From positions 139,068 through 203,067 of the IMG/VR virus record IMGVR_UViG_3300033273_000833: a stretch of DNA of 64,000 nt. One strand, given 5' to 3'. Each line of letters opens with the position of its first letter. Within the stretch, counting starts at the first letter, position 1. The position numbers were made by a program, and so were the translations under genes. This stretch comes from a virus. Its lineage: Duplodnaviria > Caudoviricetes. Shown here in pieces: positions 1-7,038 of the stretch. The notes beneath the pieces are model-generated. The model worked only from the letters and a program-made list of their open reading frames with translations. It searched no databases and was not told the origin of the DNA.

Positions 1-32
1 TTAGTCTCAAAAGGGTTGTGAGGGATTCTTAA

Positions 33-401
33 TTGAATAAAAAAATTAAGATAGTCTTTTTCCTATCGTTATTGTTAATGCTATCGGGTTGCTTGACTCC
101 CTCTATGGTATCCATAGGGGGAGTCTTCGATGGGGATGATATACTTTACTCTCATATATCTGAACTAACAACAGATCAATCAAGAGCAATTTTAATCAGC
201 AATCCAACAGGTGTATTAAGGTATAAGCAAGCATTTATAATAGATATGTCCCAAGATAGAGAAGATTTTTTATTGCGTAGAAAAGGTGATGGAGCAGAAT
301 TTTGGGTTGAGTATAATATGTTTAGTGAAAGAGATAAAAATTTTATTACAAAATTACTAAAACAGATAGATAAGGAAAATGTTCATGTTGGAAGAAAATA
401 A
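33..401 (+). CDS. Putative lipoprotein (spanin or superinfection-exclusion-like, function unknown)
   Basis: TTG start after GAGGGA. N-terminus MNKKIKIVFFLSLLLMLSGC has basic residues, a hydrophobic stretch and a lipobox LSGC. Confidence 0.55.
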   Translation: MNKKIKIVFFLSLLLMLSGCLTPSMVSIGGVFDGDDILYSHISELTTDQSRAILISNPTGVLRYKQAFIIDMSQDREDFLLRRKGDGAEFWVEYNMFSERDKNFITKLLKQIDKENVHVGRK

Positions 402-564
402 TAGTGGAAACGAGATTGAAGTTTCGGGGCATACTGAAGGTTACTCCATTATTGAGGGTTGTATTCTCCAATCAATAGGTGAACAGAAAAAGGAAGCCGA
501 AGAGATTACAATGGAAGAGTTCTTAAATATCATAAAGCAATATACTTCCGATAATTCCAAATAA
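379..564 (+). CDS. Small acidic hypothetical protein
   Basis: 61-aa ORF overlapping the upstream gene end; Glu-rich. Confidence 0.45.
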   Translation: MFMLEENNSGNEIEVSGHTEGYSIIEGCILQSIGEQKKEAEEITMEEFLNIIKQYTSDNSK

Positions 565-1100
565 TTTCAAATACAATTAACAATATAATCCCTTTACCCA
601 TCCATATTAATAAACTATATACTTATATACTAGATCATAATAGCGAATATATACAATAAAAAGATAAACGAATTTTATTTAAATAATTGATTAATAAAGG
701 TTTAGATTAAAAATACAGAGAAGTGGGTTGAAGTGGGGGAAAGTGGGTGAGTGTGGTACGCGACTTAAATATATAAAAATATAAGTTAAATTAAAATATT
801 GTAAATTGCGTCAAAAATAAAAGAAATAAATAAACTAAATTTTTTTTGATATAGCCAAATAACTTAATAAGAAAATTAATAAAGTATAATGAACAAACTA
901 CAAATAAATTTTAATCAAATAATTGCAAATAACAATATGAAAGATAGCCGACTTAATTTAATAAATTTTTTTATACATTTTTGCGTTTTAGTTAAATAAA
1001 AATTTGAATGAAATCGGGCGAAATAAGATGAAAAAAAATAGAATAAAATATAATAATTAATTATACTAAATTTTTTGTTGAATTCGGGCGAAATAAAAAT
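565..1100. other. Very AT-rich non-coding region (possible genome terminus or origin)
   Basis: No credible ORF. A/T tracts, GTGGG repeats at 723-757, and a direct repeat TCGGGCGAAATAA at 1014 and 1084. Confidence 0.6.
723..757 (+). repeat. Four 10-bp-phased GTGGG/GTGGT boxes (MraZ-box-like)
   Basis: GTGGG at 723, 733 and 743 and GTGGT at 753, each separated by exactly 5 nt. Confidence 0.75.
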
Positions 1101-1104
1101 GCAC

Positions 1105-1133
1105 TTGACACAAATAAGAATTTAAATTATAAT
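1105..1133 (+). promoter_or_regulatory. Consensus sigma70 promoter
   Basis: TTGACA-17 nt-TATAAT. Confidence 0.85.
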
Positions 1134-1134
1134 T

Positions 1135-1380
1135 ATGGTATTGATGAGCGAGAAAGATAATAGCGTTAGTTACCTTCAGCACCATATAGACTTCACATTC
1201 CCCGAAATAATGATGCAGGAGCAAATAAATGATGTAGGATGGATAGATCAGTCGCAAATAATGGGCGAGCCACAAATAAGAGCGTTTGCGAGCTTTGAGG
1301 GGTCGAATCTAATTGCCCTGTTCCCCTTCTTTGATCCAACAGGGAACTACCCTGTGCAGGAAGATTGAATAAAATTTTTT
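1135..1380 (+). ncRNA. Candidate small RNA with repeated AAATAA motifs (alternatively the 77-aa ORF 1135..1368)
   Basis: Lies between two promoters. Four AAATAA motifs (~1205-1280). 3' stems CCCTGTT/AACAGGG or GTTCCC/GGGAAC, then a T-tract. Confidence 0.3.
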
Positions 1381-1447
1381 ATAAAATAAAGAAAAATAAA
1401 ATTAATACTTGACTTGTTTTATATTCTATACTATACTTATATACATC

Positions 1448-1786
1448 ATGACAATAGCAAAAGAGATAAATAATAAACTTGATACAATATTAAATATTAG
1501 ATCAGAAATAAAAAAGATGCGGGCGGAACTAAGTGCCGACTCCGAGTTAGTGAATCCCGACACAGGCGACAAACTGCTTCGGGACGAAGCAATAGGTATC
1601 GCCGAGGAAGTAATAAATAAAGTACAAAATGATATAAATCAAATAACAAATAATGGGAAGAATGTACGAAATATTTTTAATAATCAATACTATATAAATG
1701 ATATGCTACAAGATAAGCAAATTGCAAACGAAAATTTATCAAATATAAAAGCATTTATACAGGAAAGTGAGGATAAGATTAAATAA
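1448..1786 (+). CDS. Hypothetical coiled-coil early protein (true start likely ATG 1448)
   Basis: The tracked TTG start at 1409 is the promoter -35 box. ATG 1448 gives MTIAKEINNK... Confidence 0.7.
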   Translation: MTIAKEINNKLDTILNIRSEIKKMRAELSADSELVNPDTGDKLLRDEAIGIAEEVINKVQNDINQITNNGKNVRNIFNNQYYINDMLQDKQIANENLSNIKAFIQESEDKIK

Positions 1787-1804
1787 AAAATTTTATTAAT
1801 TTAT

Positions 1805-1879
1805 TTGGAGGCATAGAGTCCGTCGATGAGGCGGGACGAGGTAAGTCATCACCTGCATTGAACACTCCAAATCTTTTTT
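1805..1879 (+). ncRNA. Compact structured RNA element (two hairpins with complementary loops) followed by a U-tract
   Basis: Outer stem TTGGAG/CTCCAA. Hairpin GTCC-GTC[GATGA]GGC-G-GGAC and hairpin AGGT[AAGTCATC]ACCT. Loop GATGA is complementary to TCATC. Confidence 0.4.
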
Positions 1880-1943
1880 CTTGACAAAACGAAGACAATC
1901 GACTAGACTTATAGCATAACAATCAAACAAGGAGGAAAAAATT

Positions 1944-2141
1944 ATGGGTAACATAGCTAAATGTGCAAGAGCAACTTCAATTATGAACAATGTACAAAGA
2001 GGGGCATATGTGGGCATGAGTAAGTTCGCCAACTATGGTTCTATTGTCGAGGATAGTATCTTCGCACAACAAAGAGAGGCAGATCGCAGGTTGAAGGAGA
2101 TTCAAGCCAAGCGTCTCAAAAAAGCAAAGGGGGTAGCGTAA
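1944..2141 (+). CDS. Small basic hypothetical early protein
   Basis: AGGAGG Shine-Dalgarno upstream; promoter at 1881. Confidence 0.7.
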   Translation: MGNIAKCARATSIMNNVQRGAYVGMSKFANYGSIVEDSIFAQQREADRRLKEIQAKRLKKAKGVA

Positions 2142-2395
2142 TGGATGCAACAATTAAACCAATTAATAATAAGGTTAGTATGTTCGCAACTGATGAAGAA
2201 TTATATGAACAATTAACTGCAAAAGAATTAATGTTAATTAAGTTGGTTAAAGTAGAAGAATATGTAGATGATTTATATAGAGCACATGATTCTGATACAA
2301 ATAAAAAATTATTTCCACCTGAGAAGAGTTGGTTTAAAATAAAAGAATTATTAAGAGAGTGCAGAAAAATTAATAAAAGTAAAATAAATACTTGA
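2141..2395 (+). CDS. Hypothetical early protein
   Basis: TAATG coupling with the upstream gene. Confidence 0.7.
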   Translation: MDATIKPINNKVSMFATDEELYEQLTAKELMLIKLVKVEEYVDDLYRAHDSDTNKKLFPPEKSWFKIKELLRECRKINKSKINT

Positions 2396-2426
2396 CAAAT
2401 AAGACTAAATATACTATAATTATATA

Positions 2427-2767
2427 CATAAATTGAGAAACAAACTCAAATAAATAAAATAAATTGATCTTTAACATTTTTAACACTTTGGAAGGGCTTA
2501 TAATCCTTCCTGTGGGTGACTGAACAAACCTGTCGTAAGCGGGTTAAAGTATGCAGATCCCTGTGGTGGGGATGACAGAGTCCAATCGGATGAGTCAAAT
2601 GGCAAATACCACGCCTAGTCTGTAGTTCAAAGTAGGAAACTCGAAACTGAAAGTTTACGCCGAAAAGATGGAGGTATCTCAGAATCCTCCCCCACACTAT
2701 ATTTCCCCATCCGTGTAACCCCCACACATCCCGCCCCTCTCAGGAATATTCTTGAGAGGGGTTTTTT
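2427..2767 (+). ncRNA. Candidate ~340-nt structured non-coding RNA
   Basis: Perfect TTGACA-17-TATAAT promoter (2392-2420), no credible plus-strand ORF, GC-enriched, multiple hairpins, ends in a terminator. Confidence 0.6.
2734..2767 (+). terminator. Intrinsic terminator
   Basis: CCCCTCTCAGGAA-TA-TTCTTGAGAGGGG followed by TTTTTT. Confidence 0.8.
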
Positions 2768-2805
2768 GTTTTGACATTTCCAGGAAACCTGCCATACTTA
2801 TTATT

Positions 2806-3060
2806 ATGAAAACATTAAAAGACATATTATCAAACTACGGATACATCACGAAACCTCAGCTTGCCGAGATCGTTGATTATTTCCCGCACATGAAGGTCGT
2901 CATTAAATGGGGAGGAATGCCCCGTGAACGGGTTCATGCTTGGGAGGCAATCCAACGCATCGAAAAGGTAGAGAACGAGGATATTGACTACTGTCGAGAA
3001 GTTTTTCTTAGTGGTAAAGATTGCGAGAATCTTAGAGTAGCACTACATATAGCAAACTAA
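2806..3060 (+). CDS. Hypothetical early protein (start likely ATG 2806)
   Basis: MKTLKDILSNYG... starts 7 nt after the -10 box CATACT. Confidence 0.7.
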   Translation: MKTLKDILSNYGYITKPQLAEIVDYFPHMKVVIKWGGMPRERVHAWEAIQRIEKVENEDIDYCREVFLSGKDCENLRVALHIAN

Positions 3061-3120
3061 ATGGAAATTATTTTAGGTGCAATAGTAATTACAATTTGTC
3101 TCGTCTGTAAAGAAGATTAA
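3061..3120 (+). CDS. 19-aa hydrophobic micro-peptide (not in ORF track)
   Basis: ATG immediately follows the upstream stop. MEIILGAIVITICLVCKED. Confidence 0.45.
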   Translation: MEIILGAIVITICLVCKED

Positions 3121-3434
3121 TCTTTTTATTCAATCATATCATATAATGACATAGCAAATATACATATAACAAATATATAAGTAGCAAATATACAACAAAT
3201 ATATAAAGCTATAATTTAAACAAAAATTTATAAAATTAAAATTCAATTCGTAAAGGGTTGAGCGTCAGTGTTTTGCGGAATCGCCCTGCCAAATTTCGCA
3301 ATTATATGGTATTCAACAACTTACGAATCACAAAGTAGTTTTTTGCAATTTTCGCAATTATATGGTATTCAACGACTTACGACTATTTTAAAAAAAGGCT
3401 TGACTTGCGGAAGTTTTCTGTCATAATTGTATAC

Positions 3435-3812
3435 ATGATCAGAACAAAAAGCGACAAGAGATACGACATCGACTTTAGTAAGAAGGTGTTTGTATATAAG
3501 AATCTTCATAAAGACTGTTGGTCAGTCAAACAAGGCGGGCTTGTCAAGGCACACGCAGACAGCTTGGAGATGTGGGATTGCAGCTTCCAAGTAAACCAAA
3601 AGGGGCGGGCAAAAGTCATTCAAGAAAAGCGTAAGAATGTTCATGCGGGCATTTCAGGCAGGATAGACGATCTTGGTGGAACAATTGCAATTGGCACAGA
3701 AGTTACATACAACCCGTACAAGTATAGCTCTTTTGTAGAAAAAGGCACAGAAAATCCCGTATATTATGCAGGATTTGCATCATTAACCCATAACAGAGTA
3801 CTAGTAGCATGA
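3435..3812 (+). CDS. Conserved phage hypothetical protein (YxNLHKxxWS...KRKNVHA...TYNPY family)
   Basis: Motifs VFVYKNLHKDCWSVK, QEKRKNVHA and VTYNPYK recognised from phage hypothetical proteins. ATG 3435 follows the -10 box. Confidence 0.75.
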   Translation: MIRTKSDKRYDIDFSKKVFVYKNLHKDCWSVKQGGLVKAHADSLEMWDCSFQVNQKGRAKVIQEKRKNVHAGISGRIDDLGGTIAIGTEVTYNPYKYSSFVEKGTENPVYYAGFASLTHNRVLVA

Positions 3813-4009
3813 AAGAAGAATTAAAAAGAATAGAATGTGCAATCGACGGAGTCGCCGACGAATTATTAGAACATCGTCGTCATGGAAACATGGCGGATCT
3901 ACTCAGAGTTATGCGGGACATTAATGAAAATCTATGCACCATCAGCTATGAGCTCAAAGAGTTAGTTAATCAGAAAAAAAACCTTGACATTGAACAAAAA
4001 ATTTCATAG
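3809..4009 (+). CDS. Small helical hypothetical protein
   Basis: ATGA overlap with the upstream gene. Confidence 0.6.
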   Translation: MKEELKRIECAIDGVADELLEHRRHGNMADLLRVMRDINENLCTISYELKELVNQKKNLDIEQKIS

Positions 4010-4018
4010 TATTATATC

Positions 4019-4186
4019 ATGCAAGAAACAATAGATATCACACCAAAATGGTCAGCACTCATTCCTATTATGGTTGAGGTGTTGAAGAGTCCAAAAGCAA
4101 ACAGCTCAGCAAAAGCAGAAGTCACCGAAGAACTACTTCGTCTCGCAAAGATTGTAGACGATCAAAACCAAAAAGCAAAACAATGA
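4019..4186 (+). CDS. 55-aa hypothetical protein (not in ORF track)
   Basis: MQETIDITPKWSALIPIMVEVLKSPK...; ATG 6 nt after the -10 box TAGTAT; ATGA overlap with the next gene. Confidence 0.7.
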   Translation: MQETIDITPKWSALIPIMVEVLKSPKANSSAKAEVTEELLRLAKIVDDQNQKAKQ

Positions 4187-4407
4187 CATTATCAGAATCA
4201 ATTATGGATATCGTTAGAGGTAACCTCGCATGGTCAGATCCCATGTCAACAGTTTGCCTCGATCAACATGAGCGTCATCCCGAAAAGTTTCCACTAGGGA
4301 GTGCATTCCAAAGTGAAGATGAATCTTTAGCAGATATCATTAGAGACTTGACAGTATTACAAGATGAGCGTAGAATAGAATCATCTTTTCAATCAGCAGA
4401 ACTATAA
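4183..4407 (+). CDS. Acidic hypothetical early protein
   Basis: ORF coupled to the upstream gene. Confidence 0.65.
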   Translation: MTLSESIMDIVRGNLAWSDPMSTVCLDQHERHPEKFPLGSAFQSEDESLADIIRDLTVLQDERRIESSFQSAEL

Positions 4408-4411
4408 AATT

Positions 4412-4615
4412 ATGACAGTATTAGACACACCCGAACAAATCGATATGTTTCGATTCCTTAGCCTCAAATCCGCACTCAAGCTAGAGTGTCTTGGAATGAC
4501 TAGAAGAGGTCAATCAGCATATTCAATTATTAAAGCCGAGTACGGATTCAAAGGCAACAAGAACTCCGTCTTAGAACAAATGGAACAAATTATCAAGGAG
4601 TTTAAAAATGACTAA
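4412..4615 (+). CDS. Conserved small phage protein
   Basis: LKSALKLECLGMTRRGQSAYSIIK pattern typical of small phage early proteins. Confidence 0.7.
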   Translation: MTVLDTPEQIDMFRFLSLKSALKLECLGMTRRGQSAYSIIKAEYGFKGNKNSVLEQMEQIIKEFKND

Positions 4616-4811
4616 AGCACAGGTTGAATCACAAGTAGAGAGTTGGAATTGGAATCTCAATATCTTTGAGATTTATGATGAGCTCCGCGATGGGTATACC
4701 GCAGACGAGCAAGAACAACTTTTAACTTACGCATATAATTTTTTCAATAAAGATAAAATGATGGTAGAACTTGCGTCCCACTTTGGAATTAACATAGGAG
4801 AAGATGAATAG
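4608..4811 (+). CDS. Acidic hypothetical early protein
   Basis: AAGGAG Shine-Dalgarno; overlaps the upstream stop. Confidence 0.65.
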   Translation: MTKAQVESQVESWNWNLNIFEIYDELRDGYTADEQEQLLTYAYNFFNKDKMMVELASHFGINIGEDE

Positions 4812-4965
4812 TTCAGCATTAGAATATATCCGTAAGATCCAAAATCTTTTAGAAGACAACGAAGAACTCGTAATCCATAAAAATTCTTTTGAACTTAAAG
4901 ATGAAGAAAATGAAGAGAATTATGATTTTGATGTTGACATGATCAAGCAAATGTACGATAATTAA
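4804..4965 (+). CDS. 53-aa acidic protein (not in ORF track)
   Basis: MNSSALEYIRKIQNLLEDNEELV...DMIKQMYDN; AGGAG upstream; fills the gap in the operon. Confidence 0.6.
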   Translation: MNSSALEYIRKIQNLLEDNEELVIHKNSFELKDEENEENYDFDVDMIKQMYDN

Positions 4966-4968
4966 ACC

Positions 4969-5226
4969 ATGACAAACACAATGCAAAACAATTACTTAGA
5001 AGCCCTATGCGAGGGAAAACCACTCGGATTACCCGAATACAACGAAGGTACAGAACAATGGGAGCTTTTCTTTGAAGAGAACCACGACGATTGGCATCCG
5101 TACTTTCAGAGAGATATAATTTCATATAGTTGTGACTCAGCTGAGGAAGCTACAGACTTATACAACTATTACAACAGAAACCCAATAGTGGCAGAACCAC
5201 TAGTAGAAGAAGGAGAACAATCCTAA
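4969..5226 (+). CDS. Acidic hypothetical early protein
   Basis: Asp/Glu-rich 85-aa ORF in the operon. Confidence 0.65.
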   Translation: MTNTMQNNYLEALCEGKPLGLPEYNEGTEQWELFFEENHDDWHPYFQRDIISYSCDSAEEATDLYNYYNRNPIVAEPLVEEGEQS

Positions 5227-5462
5227 TGTTAAGGAAACTCAAAAACAAGTTAGCTGCTTTGTTCAGCTCAACCTATAATGTCGTGTATACTACCGAAGAT
5301 GGTAGGACGCAAATGTACACCATCTCCAAGCCCATGCACAAGCGTGAGTTTGGCAACGCTAGCGAGGGCAAGAGAGTCGTAGGCTTTCGTGCTCATTGCT
5401 TTAACCGCAACGGAATTCGTTCTTTCCGTTATGATCGTATCATCTCTTTGGTTAGGGGGTAA
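5226..5462 (+). CDS. Stand-alone WYL-like domain protein
   Basis: GFRAHCFNRNGIRSFRYDRIISL matches the WYL-domain signature (L/F)xAxCxxRxxxRxFRxDRI. Confidence 0.6.
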   Translation: MLRKLKNKLAALFSSTYNVVYTTEDGRTQMYTISKPMHKREFGNASEGKRVVGFRAHCFNRNGIRSFRYDRIISLVRG

Positions 5463-5465
5463 GAT

Positions 5466-5630
5466 ATGCAGAAGCGAATCGAACACTTAAGGCGCCAAGT
5501 TCGCGAGTTAGCTCATATGCTAGCTAGCGAAGAGGCGGAAGGCATTTATTTATCAGAGCATAACGAGCGCAGGTCTCGCCATAATGCGCTACTAGAAGAG
5601 CTCTATCATCTAGAGAAACGAGTCTTTTAA
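5466..5630 (+). CDS. 54-aa helical protein (not in ORF track)
   Basis: MQKRIEHLRRQVRELAHMLASEEAEG...EKRVF; directly follows the WYL-like gene. Confidence 0.6.
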   Translation: MQKRIEHLRRQVRELAHMLASEEAEGIYLSEHNERRSRHNALLEELYHLEKRVF

Positions 5631-5665
5631 TTTCATGGTCATATCGTAATCGGTGGTTAGTGTAT

Positions 5666-5693
5666 GCCCCCTCCAATTGGAGGGGGCTTTTTT
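5666..5693 (+). terminator. Intrinsic terminator
   Basis: GCCCCCTCCAATTGGAGGGGGC palindrome followed by a T-tract. Confidence 0.85.
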
Positions 5694-5825
5694 GTTGGTA
5701 ATCAACGTTTTATGAAATTTTCCTAAGCGATCTTGCAATTATATGATATTCAACAACTTAAGATAACTGCAAAAAAAAATTATTTTTTGCTTGCAATTAA
5801 CTCACAATCTGTCATAATTATATAT

Positions 5826-5945
5826 ATGAAAACGACAGAGATAAAGATAAGAAAACCGATCCTTTTCACTAAGGCTCGCCCGCACAAACTTAAAAACAAA
5901 ATCATACATAGAAAGCTGAAGCACAAAAAATCTTTAATTTCCTAA
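5826..5945 (+). CDS. 39-aa very basic peptide, loosely ArfA-like
   Basis: MKTTEIKIRKPILFTKARPHKLKNKIIHRKLKHKKSLIS; own promoter (5791-5818). Confidence 0.55.
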   Translation: MKTTEIKIRKPILFTKARPHKLKNKIIHRKLKHKKSLIS

Positions 5946-5990
5946 AATTAATTCTTGACAAAACACTAAAACTCAACTATTATTATACTT

Positions 5991-6839
5991 ATGAATAACG
6001 AACAAAAAACCAACAATCTCCGCATCTGTGGCGGTGAGCACAAAGTAGTAGAAATCGACCAAGTTAGAGCAGTTCAGACTCCGCCTATCGAGTTTCGTAA
6101 GGAACTCAACAAGAATGGCGAGCGTTCAATCTCTTACCAACCGATCTCTCATTCTCTTCTTATTGATAAAACTCGCAATCATCTTGAGCAAGCGGGCTTT
6201 ACTATCGAGGCAGAGTGCCATAACCTAGCGAGAAACGATCAAAGATACTTTGGTCTGTACCAAGTTTCTCATCCTAAAAGAGAAGCTTCAGACCGAGGCA
6301 CTATCGTAGGGCTTCGCAATGCCCATGACAAGTGCTTCCCTGCAGGACTTTGTGCAGGTGATGCTCCTTTTGTCTGTGACAATCTTATCTTTACCAACGA
6401 GGTCAAACTTGCTCGTAGGCATACCAAGAACATTCTCAATGAGCTTGACCATGTTATTGCTCGTACTCTTGGCAGACTCTTCAACTTTTGGGTTGCCCAA
6501 GATAGTAGGATTGATGCCTACAAAGAACATGAGCTTAAAAATGCTCAAGTCAACGATCTTGTGATCCGTGCTTGCAAGGCAGGTGCTTTGCCTAAGTCAA
6601 AGATCATTGATGTTGTTGACCAATGGGAGAAATCCGATCATCCCGAATTTTGGGATAGGAATGTAAACTCATTGTACAACGCTTTCACAGAGGTTTACAA
6701 GGGTAACCTTACCGCATTACCTCAACGCTCCGAAGCATTGCACTCCGTGCTTGACTCCGAAGTGGGCTTTGATTCATCAAGCTTTAAGCAGGATGAGATA
6801 ATCGAAGCCGAGGTAGTCGGTGCAGGTGACCCCTTCTAA
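5991..6839 (+). CDS. DUF932-family protein
   Basis: PISH...QRYFGL...IVGLRNAHDK...FVCDNL...WxxxNAFTE-like C-terminus. Confidence 0.8.
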   Translation: MNNEQKTNNLRICGGEHKVVEIDQVRAVQTPPIEFRKELNKNGERSISYQPISHSLLIDKTRNHLEQAGFTIEAECHNLARNDQRYFGLYQVSHPKREASDRGTIVGLRNAHDKCFPAGLCAGDAPFVCDNLIFTNEVKLARRHTKNILNELDHVIARTLGRLFNFWVAQDSRIDAYKEHELKNAQVNDLVIRACKAGALPKSKIIDVVDQWEKSDHPEFWDRNVNSLYNAFTEVYKGNLTALPQRSEALHSVLDSEVGFDSSSFKQDEIIEAEVVGAGDPF

Positions 6840-6865
6840 GGTTGCTGGTCATATCGTGTCGTTCA

Positions 6866-6895
6866 GCCCCCTTCCAATCGGAAGGGGGTTTTTCT
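6866..6895 (+). terminator. Intrinsic terminator
   Basis: CCCCCTTCC-AATC-GGAAGGGGG followed by a T-tract; related in sequence to the 5666 terminator. Confidence 0.85.
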
Positions 6896-7038
6896 TTTGC
6901 AAGTGACTGAGTATCAGTTAATTGCGAAAATCGCCTAAGAAAAATTTTAATTATATGATATTCAACGACTTATGACAAAGTGAAAAAAAATGAAAAAAGG
7001 GGTTGACAGATGTCCCCAACTTGTCTAGTATTGTATAC

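Noticed and set aside
723-757. G-quadruplex
   Set aside because: Only three clear GGG tracts are present, and strict 10-bp phasing fits a protein-binding array better.
1805-1870. HDV-like/theta, twister or pistol ribozyme; purine riboswitch
   Set aside because: The conserved core nucleotides of these classes could not be placed.
2585-2650. Hammerhead ribozyme (CGGATGAG...GAAAC)
   Set aside because: The core is CGGAUGA rather than CUGAUGA, and no stem II closes onto GAAA.
2612-2700. Canonical tRNA or tmRNA gene
   Set aside because: There is a D-arm-like piece but no TTCGA T-loop, 7-nt anticodon loop or proper acceptor stem. Kept only as part of the ncRNA candidate.
2713-2718. GTGTAA inside the candidate ncRNA as a late promoter
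   Set aside because: No start codon follows at the usual distance and it lies just before a terminator; probably chance.
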